In this document: positions 30,848-39,589 of the stretch, piece after piece | Layout: each line of letters begins with the position of its first letter | Numbering within the stretch: the stretch's first letter is position 1 | Assembly: GCA_902584445.1 (NCBI GenBank) | Contig: CACHZY010000003.1 | Location: forward strand, 30,496-94,495 | Length of the DNA stretch: 64,000 nucleotides | Reading direction: 5' to 3' | Source of the DNA: an uncultured Bacteroidota bacterium | GTDB taxonomy: Bacteria > Bacteroidota > Bacteroidia > Flavobacteriales > Flavobacteriaceae | Notes under the pieces: generated by a model | Databases searched by the model: none | Told to the model about the DNA's origin: nothing | Seen by the model: the letters and a program-made list of their open reading frames with translations, nothing else | Position numbers and translations under genes: made by a program

Positions 30848-31852
30848 TTAATAAGACCATGTGAGATAGGCTGCCCCCCAAGTGAATCCTCCACCAAAAG
30901 CAGCAAAAATTAATTTATCTCCTGGACTAAGTTTTTTTTCATAGTCGTTAAGTAATAACGGTAAAGTTGCCGCAGTTGTATTTCCATATTTCTCAATATT
31001 ATTCATGACCTTTTCTGAAGGAAGATTGATTCGTTTAGCCACGGCATCAATTATTCTTTTATTGGCTTGATGTGGAACTAAATAAGCAATTTTATTTGTG
31101 TCAATTTTATTCCGCTTTATAATTTTTTCTGCTGCATTACACATTTCTGAAACAGCAGATTTAAAAACTGTTTTACCATCTTGGTAAAGGAAGTGCATTT
31201 TATTTTTAACAGTAACTTCAGATGCCGGCAAAAGCGATCCCCCTGCTTTAATATTTAAATACTTTCTTCCTGAGCCATCTGATCTAAAATATTCATCCTC
31301 CCAACCATAATCAGAATCACTGGCTTCAAAAAGTGCTGCTCCCGCTCCGTCTCCAAAAATAATACAGGTTGCTCTATCATCGTAATCAACTATTGATGAC
31401 ATTTTATCGGCTCCTATCAAAAGTACTTTTTTATAACGACCAGAGGCAATCATACTTGAGGCAGTTGACATGCCGTATAAGAAGCCGGAGCATGCTGCTT
31501 GGATATCATAGGCAAAAGCATTTACAGCCCCTATTTCTAAAGCAACTTGAGCAGCGGTAGCTGCAACATTCATATCTGGGGTAATAGTGGCAACAATTAC
31601 CATATCAATCCTTTTAGGAGCAATATTCTTTTTTCTTAGTAATTTTTTAGCTGCTTTGATTGCCATGAAAGAAGTTGGCTTGTGCTGTCCTTTTAATATT
31701 CTTCTTTCCTTGATTCCAGTTCTAGCAAAAATCCACTCATCATTAGTATCGACCATTTTTTCAAGATCTGCATTGGTGAGCTTGTGTTTTGGGACATAAG
31801 CACCCAAACCTGTAATTGCAGCCTTTTTTGGGCCAGAATTGATATAATTCAT
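30848..31852 (-). CDS. fabH: 3-oxoacyl-ACP synthase III
   Basis: Active-site AACSGF, HQAN and GNTTAAT blocks. Confidence 0.93.
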   Translation of the reverse strand: MNYINSGPKKAAITGLGAYVPKHKLTNADLEKMVDTNDEWIFARTGIKERRILKGQHKPTSFMAIKAAKKLLRKKNIAPKRIDMVIVATITPDMNVAATAAQVALEIGAVNAFAYDIQAACSGFLYGMSTASSMIASGRYKKVLLIGADKMSSIVDYDDRATCIIFGDGAGAALFEASDSDYGWEDEYFRSDGSGRKYLNIKAGGSLLPASEVTVKNKMHFLYQDGKTVFKSAVSEMCNAAEKIIKRNKIDTNKIAYLVPHQANKRIIDAVAKRINLPSEKVMNNIEKYGNTTAATLPLLLNDYEKKLSPGDKLIFAAFGGGFTWGAAYLTWSY

Positions 31853-31985
31853 CAGTAGATTACTTCCTTTTGAATCGTCAATATTATATGTGAAGATAGT
31901 AGTTTTTTACAGCAAACAAAATCTTTGTTTACAAAAATGCTCGTTCATTTATGAAGAGCTTATTATTATAATGAAGTTGTGTTAT

Positions 31986-32183
31986 TTATGCCTCAGCCGC
32001 CTCAATATTATCAATTAAAACTTTACCTCTATAGTAAAGTTTTCCCTCGTGCCAATGAGCTCTGTGATAGAGGTGGGTTTCCCCAGTAGAGGAACAAGTA
32101 GCAATTTGGGGGGTTGATGCTTTGTAATGGGTTCTTCTTTTGTTCCTTCTAGTTTTTGATATTTTTCTTTTAGGATGTGCCAT
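31986..32183 (-). CDS. rpmF: 50S ribosomal protein L32
   Basis: [20 protein letters not shown]-terminus; follows the DUF177 gene as in most bacteria. Confidence 0.9.
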   Translation of the reverse strand: MAHPKRKISKTRRNKRRTHYKASTPQIATCSSTGETHLYHRAHWHEGKLYYRGKVLIDNIEAAEA

Positions 32184-32209
32184 TTTCTCCTGTTTTATTG
32201 TTATTCAAA

Positions 32210-32731
32210 TTATAATAAGTCTTTCAATTTATTCCACCTCGGATCTATTTTATCTGAAAGTGATTTTTTTTGGGGATCTAAATCTTTTAATTTTTCTAAA
32301 ACCTCTGACTTAAGAGTTCCATTTTTAATTCCGGGGTGAATTTTTTTCTGTGGAATAGAAAGAACGGTCATTTCGTAAATATAATGAGCTACATCAATTT
32401 GGTGTGAACCATGAGGTAAAATCAATAGTTCATCGTCATTACGATTGTCAGTATCTCCAAATTTAACCACAAGGTGAAAATCCGAACTAATTGAAAGATC
32501 AAAGGGCTCGTTGGAAAGATCACATGGAACGTTAACTTTGCCTGAAGCCTTAAAATCTAGTTTTAGCATTGTAGTTTTTTTATCAAAAACCAAGTGAACT
32601 TTTACATCAGCTTTTTTAAAATCAAAAAAATCATATCCTTCAAAGAACTCATCATTAACAGCAAAGTCAAAATGATGAACACCATCTTTTAACCCTACAA
32701 AAGGTATCAAGAATGCTGAAATTCTCTCCAT
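32210..32731 (-). CDS. YceD/DUF177 family protein
   Basis: 173 aa, directly upstream of rpmF; conserved synteny. Confidence 0.75.
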   Translation of the reverse strand: MERISAFLIPFVGLKDGVHHFDFAVNDEFFEGYDFFDFKKADVKVHLVFDKKTTMLKLDFKASGKVNVPCDLSNEPFDLSISSDFHLVVKFGDTDNRNDDELLILPHGSHQIDVAHYIYEMTVLSIPQKKIHPGIKNGTLKSEVLEKLKDLDPQKKSLSDKIDPRWNKLKDLL

Positions 32732-32803
32732 TCTTTCTACATTTTAGGATGCAAATTTAAAATAAAAAATGATAAATACGGAGACACAGCCTTTTTTTTG
32801 AAC

Positions 32804-33820
32804 CTAATTAGACTTTAGAAAATTTTCGTTTTTTTTGCGGTTTGAAAAAATTTTCCTCGCCATATACATTGCCGATCTAAATGAACTCAGTTGTGCAACA
32901 CCCTTTCCAGCGATTTCAAAAGCAGTGCCGTGATCTGGAGATGTACGTACTTTACTTAAACCTGCAGTGAAGTTTGTTCCTTCACCAAAGGTTAAAGATT
33001 TAAAAGGGATCAAGCCCTGGTCATGATATGATGCCAGAATTGCATCAAAATTCAAATGTCTTTGATTCCCGAAAAAACTATCTGCTGAATAGGGTCCAAA
33101 AATTAGGAGCCCATTTTCACTTAACTCTTTAATTACTGGTATAAATATTTTGTCTTCTTCATTTCCAATGACACCCCTGTCTCCCATGTGAGGATTTAAT
33201 CCCAAAACTGCAATCCTCGGACGATTAATGTCAAAATCAAACTTTAATGAATATTCCAATTGATAAATCTTTTTCTTAAGTAATTCAGTGGTAATTTGAT
33301 CACTAATTTCTTTAACTGGAATGTGATCGGTAACCAAGGCGACTTTAAGTTCATCAGACACCATGAACATAAGACTCTCACCATTTAGAAAGTCAGCAAA
33401 ATAGGAAGTATGCCCTGGAAAGCTAAAATCCTCAGATTGGATGGTCTTCTTATTAATTGGAGAGGTAACTAAAGCATCAACCTCTCCATTTTTTAATGCA
33501 ATTGAAGCTTTTTTTATGGATTCAAAAGCTAGCAATCCCGCTCCCTTAGAATAACGTCCAAAAACTAGTTCCTCGTCCAGCATTTTGATGTTATAAACAT
33601 TAAGCTTACCATTTTGATGTTTTTTTGTGTCTTTGAGTAAAAAAAGGTTAGTAGTTAAATTAAAATATTTTTTTTGTCTTTCTAAAAGTTCGATCGGTGC
33701 AAAAATTATGGGGCTAAAAAAATCAAACATCCTCTTGTCTTCAAATATTTTTAAAATGATTTCAATGCCAACTCCGTTGGGATCACCCATTGAAATTCCA
33801 AGCTTAATTTTTTCAGACAT
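32804..33820 (-). CDS. pdxA: 4-hydroxythreonine-4-phosphate dehydrogenase
   Basis: GDPNGVGIEI, LNPHMGD, SPDHGTAF blocks. Confidence 0.9.
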   Translation of the reverse strand: MSEKIKLGISMGDPNGVGIEIILKIFEDKRMFDFFSPIIFAPIELLERQKKYFNLTTNLFLLKDTKKHQNGKLNVYNIKMLDEELVFGRYSKGAGLLAFESIKKASIALKNGEVDALVTSPINKKTIQSEDFSFPGHTSYFADFLNGESLMFMVSDELKVALVTDHIPVKEISDQITTELLKKKIYQLEYSLKFDFDINRPRIAVLGLNPHMGDRGVIGNEEDKIFIPVIKELSENGLLIFGPYSADSFFGNQRHLNFDAILASYHDQGLIPFKSLTFGEGTNFTAGLSKVRTSPDHGTAFEIAGKGVAQLSSFRSAMYMARKIFSNRKKNENFLKSN

Positions 33821-33875
33821 TTATCTGACTATTTATTCCTAATTTTACAGCGTAAATGTAATTAAAATAAAACTG

Positions 33876-34472
33876 ATGTTTACTGGAATAATTGAGGGGT
33901 TTGGTAAAGTAACAGATTTAAAAAGTGATCGGGAGAACCTTCATATTACTATAAAAAGTAAACTGACACAAGAGTTGAAAATTGATCAAAGCTTAGCGCA
34001 CAATGGAGTATGTTTAACCGTAGTAGACATCAAAGGAAATCAATATATGGTTACCGCAGTTCAAGAAACGCTCCTAAAGTCTAACCTTGGGAATTTAAAG
34101 TTGGGTGATTTTATCAATTTAGAAAGGGCGATGAAAATAAATGGAAGACTTGATGGTCATATAGTTCAGGGTCATGTTGATCAAACTGGTAAATGTATTG
34201 GTGTTGAAAGTAAAGATGGCAGTTGGATTTACAAATTTGAATATGCTTCAGAACCAGGAAATTTAACCATTGAAAAAGGATCAATTAGCATTAACGGTGT
34301 GAGTCTTACTGTAATAAACTCAGGAATAAATACTTTCTCAGTTGCCATCATTCCTTATACTTATAAGCACACTAATTTTAATTTTATAAAGGTTGGCGAT
34401 ATTGTAAATTTAGAATTTGATATGATAGGAAAATACATTAAAAAAATCCAATCTGTTTTTTCTAATTCTTAA
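33876..34472 (+). CDS. ribE: riboflavin synthase (alpha chain)
   Basis: MFTGIIE start; duplicated lumazine-binding repeats (NGVCLTV / NGVSLTV). Confidence 0.93.
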   Translation: MFTGIIEGFGKVTDLKSDRENLHITIKSKLTQELKIDQSLAHNGVCLTVVDIKGNQYMVTAVQETLLKSNLGNLKLGDFINLERAMKINGRLDGHIVQGHVDQTGKCIGVESKDGSWIYKFEYASEPGNLTIEKGSISINGVSLTVINSGINTFSVAIIPYTYKHTNFNFIKVGDIVNLEFDMIGKYIKKIQSVFSNS

Positions 34473-34593
34473 ATTTATTACTCAAATTTTTAAAAAAATT
34501 GATTTCATATAAACTTCTCTGCTTATCTTTGAGATGAATTTATAATGCTGTGACAACAGTAATGTTGAATTTAATATAGAAAGGAGGTGTCAT

Positions 34594-34656
34594 ATGTCTT
34601 ACGAAAGTAATTTAAGGAAGTTAGGACAGCAGATACCCTCAAGTACACTGTTCTAA
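34594..34656 (+). CDS. candidate 20-codon leader/mini-ORF (MSYESNLRKLGQQIPSSTLF)
   Basis: ATG preceded by AAAGGAGGTG (core 34582-34587, 6-nt spacer). This is a strong SD in a genome where SDs are otherwise scarce. A strong terminator follows. No homology evidence. Confidence 0.25.
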   Translation: MSYESNLRKLGQQIPSSTLF

Positions 34657-34677
34657 ACTATCCTTATCTATAGCAAT

Positions 34678-34708
34678 AAATGCGGGTCGATGGATCCGCA
34701 TTTTTTTT
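34678..34708 (+). terminator. rho-independent terminator
   Basis: AAATGCGGGTC-GATG-GATCCGCATTT stem followed by T8, about 50 nt upstream of the GT2 gene. Confidence 0.7.
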
Positions 34709-34710
34709 GA

Positions 34711-34732
34711 ATTTTGATTTGAAAATCAAAAT
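34711..34732. promoter_or_regulatory. perfect 8-bp inverted repeat ATTTTGAT-N6-ATCAAAAT (operator-like)
   Basis: Seen directly between the terminator and the GT2 start codon (34760). Confidence 0.35.
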
Positions 34733-34759
34733 TTATAATAATGCTTATCTTTATTCTTT

Positions 34760-35497
34760 ATGCATAAAAAGACATTAGCGATTGTAATTCCCTGTTATAA
34801 CGAGGCTAATCGTTTACCCGTTAAAAGTTATAAGTCTTTTTTAAATAAAGCCCGCGACGTTTCAATTTTCTTTATTAATGATGGATCTAGTGACGAAACT
34901 GGACATCTAATACATGAAATGGTTATAGAATTTAATGAACAGGTCCATTTAATCTCTTTAAAAAAAAATAAGGGAAAAGGAAATGCAGTTTTTGAAGGTT
35001 TTCATTTTGTCTTGAACAATCACGATTTTAAAAAAATTGCCTTTTTGGATGCTGATTTAGCGACAAGCTTAGAAGAGTGTTATCAATTGACTAACTATGT
35101 TGAAGGGAAAATCTCTCTAGTATTTGGTTCAAGAATTCTAAAGCTAGACAACAATATCAAAAGGAAATGGTACCGCTTTTTTTTCGGTAGATTAGTTGCA
35201 ACAGCTATTTCCAAAAGTCTCAAATTAAGCTTATATGATTCTCAATGTGGCTGCAAGATTTTTGACCCATCCCTGGCAGATAAAATATTTGTTGAACCTT
35301 TTTTATCAAAATGGCTATTTGATGTAGAAATTTTTTTTCGAGCCATAAAGATTTATGGAAGAAAAAATATTAAAGAGCACATCAAAGAGGTTCCCTTAAA
35401 TGAGTGGGTTGATACTCCAGACTCCAGGGTTAGTCCTTGGTATTTTTTTCGACTTTGGTTGGACCTCTACAAAATATCTAAAAAATATAAAAATTGA
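34760..35497 (+). CDS. GT2 polyprenol-phosphate glycosyltransferase (ArnC/DPM1-like)
   Basis: IVIPCYNE, NDGSSDET, LDADL (DXD) motifs; 245 aa; translationally coupled to the next gene. Confidence 0.8.
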   Translation: MHKKTLAIVIPCYNEANRLPVKSYKSFLNKARDVSIFFINDGSSDETGHLIHEMVIEFNEQVHLISLKKNKGKGNAVFEGFHFVLNNHDFKKIAFLDADLATSLEECYQLTNYVEGKISLVFGSRILKLDNNIKRKWYRFFFGRLVATAISKSLKLSLYDSQCGCKIFDPSLADKIFVEPFLSKWLFDVEIFFRAIKIYGRKNIKEHIKEVPLNEWVDTPDSRVSPWYFFRLWLDLYKISKKYKN

Positions 35498-36897
35498 TTG
35501 ACTTAAAAATTATTAAGAAAGACTTCTCAACTATTTATGGCTTATTTTTTAGCATTCTTTTTTTGATTCGTGCTCTCTTAAACAGCATGATACCACTAAC
35601 TGATAAAACCGAAGCTCGATATGGAGAGATTGCCAGATTAATGGCTGAAACAGGTAATTGGATAGTTCCTCAAATAGACTATGGAATACCTTTTTGGGCT
35701 AAGCCGCCGCTCTCAACCTGGCTCTCGGCAAGTTCATCTATTTTATTTGGTGAAAACGAGTTTGCGCTTCGGCTACCTTACTTAATTATTTCGATGGTAA
35801 TTGCATTACTGCTAAGCCGATACGCCATTCAAAAAAAGATTAATTTCTTCATCCCTGGTATCATTCTATTTACGCTTCCTGAATTCTTCCTTCATGGTGG
35901 GGTAATCTCCACTGATCTAATGCTGTCCTTTTCTGTCGCGTTAACAATGTTAGGTTTTTGGGAAAGTATTCATGAAAAAAATAAGACTCTTTGGGGTGGC
36001 CTCTTTTTTGTGGGAATTGGCTTGGGATTATTGTCAAAAGGACCGATAGTCGGGGTATTGACTATTCCACCAATTTTTATTTGGCTGGTGAGGTTTAGAG
36101 TCTCTCCAAAAAAAATTCTCCAATTGCCTTGGCTTTTAGGTATTTTAATTGTTTTAATAATTGCACTTCCATGGTACTTTATGATGGAAAAAAATTCACC
36201 TGGATTCATTGATTATTTTGTTGTAGGAGAACATTTTTTGAGATTTATAGACTCCAGCTGGGCAGGAGACAAATACGGCTTTCCAAAACAACAGCCACTT
36301 GGAATAATTTGGATTTTTCTATTTGCTGGTGCACTACCATGGTCATTCGTTCTAATGGGAAAAGTCAAAGGTAAAATTCTTACTAGTTGGAATGATCAAT
36401 GGCAACTGTTTCTTTGGTTATGGATTTTATGGACTCCTTTCTTTTTTACCTTTTCAAAAAGTCTTATCCATACCTATACTCTACCGATAATGATTCCAAT
36501 TGCGCTTCTAACTCTAGAGAAATGGCCTACTTTTAAAAGAAAAAAATATATTTTAACAATCGCATTAAGCCTTCCTGTTCTTTTTTTTGGGGCTTACTTT
36601 CTAAAACCCGCCCAGCAAGCCATCAAGGAAAGTACTGACAAATATATAGTACAGCAGTCCGTTAATGATAGAACAACATTATATGCCTTATTATTTAAAT
36701 CATATTCTAGTCAGTTCTACTCAAAAGGGAGAGTAAAAGTTATCACCCCCGAGGAATTGGAAAGTATGATTAACAGTTCGAAAAATTTTTCAGTTATAAT
36801 ACAAAACAGACACAAGAGTCAAATTGCTCCAGAAATTTTAGCAAAATTAAATCCGAAAATAATCAGAAGAAAAGATGGTCTTTACACTACTCATTAA
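35494..36897 (+). CDS. GT39/GT83-type (ArnT/PMT-like) polytopic membrane glycosyltransferase
   Basis: About 10+ TM segments; N-terminal loop DKTEARYGEIARLM, typical of the ArnT/PMT_2 family; TTG start overlaps the GT2 stop. Confidence 0.72.
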   Translation: MIDLKIIKKDFSTIYGLFFSILFLIRALLNSMIPLTDKTEARYGEIARLMAETGNWIVPQIDYGIPFWAKPPLSTWLSASSSILFGENEFALRLPYLIISMVIALLLSRYAIQKKINFFIPGIILFTLPEFFLHGGVISTDLMLSFSVALTMLGFWESIHEKNKTLWGGLFFVGIGLGLLSKGPIVGVLTIPPIFIWLVRFRVSPKKILQLPWLLGILIVLIIALPWYFMMEKNSPGFIDYFVVGEHFLRFIDSSWAGDKYGFPKQQPLGIIWIFLFAGALPWSFVLMGKVKGKILTSWNDQWQLFLWLWILWTPFFFTFSKSLIHTYTLPIMIPIALLTLEKWPTFKRKKYILTIALSLPVLFFGAYFLKPAQQAIKESTDKYIVQQSVNDRTTLYALLFKSYSSQFYSKGRVKVITPEELESMINSSKNFSVIIQNRHKSQIAPEILAKLNPKIIRRKDGLYTTH

Positions 36898-37021
36898 TTC
36901 TATTAATTTCTTTTAATCAGGATAAAGTCTAATTTGAAGAAAAATTCTTAATAAGCTTAAAAACACTTAACTTTGAAGTTACTTCAATTAAATAAAGTCC
37001 ATTAAATAAATATCGTATAAA

Positions 37022-39478
37022 ATGCTAAGAACAGATTATTGCTTTTCACTGCTTTCATGTCTTTTCCCTCTATCTATTTTCGGGCAAATTTCTGGAATCG
37101 TTTTGGATAGTGAAAACAAAGATCCAATTGAATACGCTACTATTATTGTAATGAATGGTGCTGAAGTTTTAGACGGAACCATTTCAAAACAGGATGGAAG
37201 TTTTGAGATAAATGTAAGTCTCAAAAGCAATTATACTATTGAAATTTCTTTCTTAGGATATGAAACTCTAAAAAGTGATTTGCTAAAGATAGGGAAAGGA
37301 AAGGAGGTCGCTTTAGGTGAAATTTTCTTACGTCCAACCCAAACCCTACTGAATGAGGTAGTTCTTAGTAAAAATCAGTCATCAATTCAGAGTAAAATTG
37401 ATAGACAAGTTTATGGTGCAAGTGAATTTTCAATTGCCAAAGGGGGGAATGCGGCGGACTTGATCAGAAATCTTCCATCAATTAGTATAAATGCGATTGG
37501 CGAGATCAGCGTAAGAGGAAGCCGTGGATTTGTGATTTTACTTAATGATAAGCCCATTCAGTCTGACATTAAAAGTTTTTTAAATCAAATTCCCGCAAAT
37601 AGCATCAAAAACATTGAAGTCATTACATCTCCTTCTGCAAAATATGACGCGGAAGGTAAGGCAGGGATTATTAATATTTTAACTCAAAAAAATGCTGTTA
37701 AAGGTGACTATTTCCAGGTCAACACCCTTTTGGGTGCACCCTCAGTACAAGATTACGAAAATGCTGAAATCGCTCAGCGTTATGGCGCTGATTTTACCTA
37801 TAATACTGTAGGTGAAAAATGGAATTTATCCACTGGATTTAGCTTTCAGCGCAATGATATTTCTGGAAGAAGAGAAGGAGATGTATATACCATTATAGGT
37901 GACAAATATACCCGTTTTCCCTCCAATGGAGAGCGAAGTTTTGATGAAATTAATTATTCTGGTAGGCTAACTGCAGACTATCAATTAACTGAAAGAGATC
38001 TATTCTCTCTGGGCTTTTTTGCTGGAAAAAGAACCAAAGATCGGACAGCGGACATTCTTTATTACGCCAACTATTCCATTATTTCTGATATCAAATATGA
38101 GTTTCAATACTACAATGAAAACCTTAGAATAAGAAAAAGTGATTTTATTTTAGGGAGCCTAGATTATGAACATAAGTTTAAAAATGAGGATGAACTTAGT
38201 TCCTCCATACTCTATGAATATACTTTACTTGGTGGCCCAACGACCAATAGAAACCTAGGACATCCCGATAATTCAATCATATACCAGGATGAATACAACA
38301 CAAATAATAATCCCCTTTATGGTTTAAGAATCAATTTGGATTATCAATTTAAACCCCTTTCTAATGGAACTTTTGAAATAGGATATCAATATAGAAACCT
38401 TGATCACACTGGAGATTTTGTTTATGAAAGGAAAAATAATATTACCCAAGTTTTTGAATTAGTACCAGAATTTTCAAGCAAGGTAAATCTCAAACGCTCA
38501 ATCCATTCTGGCTACTTGCAGTATAACGGAAGTTTTAAGAAATTGACTATTGCCTCAGGACTTCGGCTAGAGAATATGCAGCGCGACCTTTCTTTAAAAG
38601 ACAAATCAGGGTTCGTGGATGAAGATTATTCACTTAATTTCATAAAGTTGTTTCCCTCGGCTAGTATTAATTATGAAGTTAACGACAAAGCAAATATTAA
38701 GCTAACCTACAACAAAAGGATTGAGAGAACAACTACCTTTAAAATGAATCCATTTCCAGAACGTGAACATTCAGAAACACTTGAACAAGGTGATCCTAAT
38801 CTACATCCAGAATTAATAGACCAATTGGAAATTGGCGTTAATTTTAAAAATAATAGAGGCAGCAGTTTATTTTCCACAATTTATTATCGTAATGTAGATA
38901 ACCTAATAAATCGAGTCAATACTGTTTACAATGACACTATTTTGAATCGAATTTACTCTAATGTTGGGAATGCTAAGGCTTTTGGTGGAGAAATCGGTTC
39001 AGAATTTACGGTAGCCAAAAAAGTGAAAACGTTCGCCTCTTTCAATTTGTATAACTATAAAATTAATGGAGAATTTGATAATCGCCCAATTTCTTCTGAA
39101 GGGATGATATACAGTTTGAATTTAAATAGTACTTATCATTTTTCAGACGAGACTTTTGTCCAATTTAATTTTAATTACCTTTCTAATCGAGTAACAGCTC
39201 AGGGAGAGGATTCAAGGTTTTATTCTCCAAATTTAACCCTAACAAAACGTTTTTGGAACAACCAATTAACAGCATCGCTTCAGTGGAAAAATATAGATAT
39301 GGGATTAATGAATACAAATGAGCAGCGGATTACTACTTCAAGGCCTGATGAATTTTATACCACCACAAATTATGTCTATGAAGTAGATATGGTTTTATTA
39401 AGTTTAAGTTACAAGATCAACGACAGAAAAAACACAGCTAAATTCATCGATAGTGAGTTCGGTAAGCGAGAATTCTGA
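37022..39478 (+). CDS. TonB-dependent receptor / outer-membrane beta-barrel with CarboxypepD_reg domain
   Basis: Signal peptide; GIVLDSENKDPIEYATI (CarboxypepD_reg); plug motif ISVRGSRGFVILLNDKPI; 818 aa; C-terminal Phe. Confidence 0.75.
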   Translation: MLRTDYCFSLLSCLFPLSIFGQISGIVLDSENKDPIEYATIIVMNGAEVLDGTISKQDGSFEINVSLKSNYTIEISFLGYETLKSDLLKIGKGKEVALGEIFLRPTQTLLNEVVLSKNQSSIQSKIDRQVYGASEFSIAKGGNAADLIRNLPSISINAIGEISVRGSRGFVILLNDKPIQSDIKSFLNQIPANSIKNIEVITSPSAKYDAEGKAGIINILTQKNAVKGDYFQVNTLLGAPSVQDYENAEIAQRYGADFTYNTVGEKWNLSTGFSFQRNDISGRREGDVYTIIGDKYTRFPSNGERSFDEINYSGRLTADYQLTERDLFSLGFFAGKRTKDRTADILYYANYSIISDIKYEFQYYNENLRIRKSDFILGSLDYEHKFKNEDELSSSILYEYTLLGGPTTNRNLGHPDNSIIYQDEYNTNNNPLYGLRINLDYQFKPLSNGTFEIGYQYRNLDHTGDFVYERKNNITQVFELVPEFSSKVNLKRSIHSGYLQYNGSFKKLTIASGLRLENMQRDLSLKDKSGFVDEDYSLNFIKLFPSASINYEVNDKANIKLTYNKRIERTTTFKMNPFPEREHSETLEQGDPNLHPELIDQLEIGVNFKNNRGSSLFSTIYYRNVDNLINRVNTVYNDTILNRIYSNVGNAKAFGGEIGSEFTVAKKVKTFASFNLYNYKINGEFDNRPISSEGMIYSLNLNSTYHFSDETFVQFNFNYLSNRVTAQGEDSRFYSPNLTLTKRFWNNQLTASLQWKNIDMGLMNTNEQRITTSRPDEFYTTTNYVYEVDMVLLSLSYKINDRKNTAKFIDSEFGKREF

Positions 39479-39509
39479 TTTAGTTATTTTTACTTTTACT
39501 CGCCATTAC

Positions 39510-39531
39510 AAAAGGACATTCCTTTTGATTT
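39510..39531 (+). terminator. possible terminator after the TonB receptor gene
   Basis: AAAAGGA-CAT-TCCTTTT followed by GATTTT; short AT-rich stem. Confidence 0.4.
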
Positions 39532-39589
39532 TAGTCAGATTTCAGGAAATTTCTTTTTCACTGAGTCAGTCGCTGTAATGATAAAAACT

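Noticed and set aside
34540-34660. SRP (4.5S) RNA or a known riboswitch in the ribE / GT2 spacer
   Set aside because: A GAAA-capped 4-bp hairpin and an AGGAAG stretch are present. The conserved SRP domain IV elements (GGAA-type loop flanked by AGG / AGCA symmetric loop) are not, and I recognise no riboswitch core. It is kept only as an unexplained leader.
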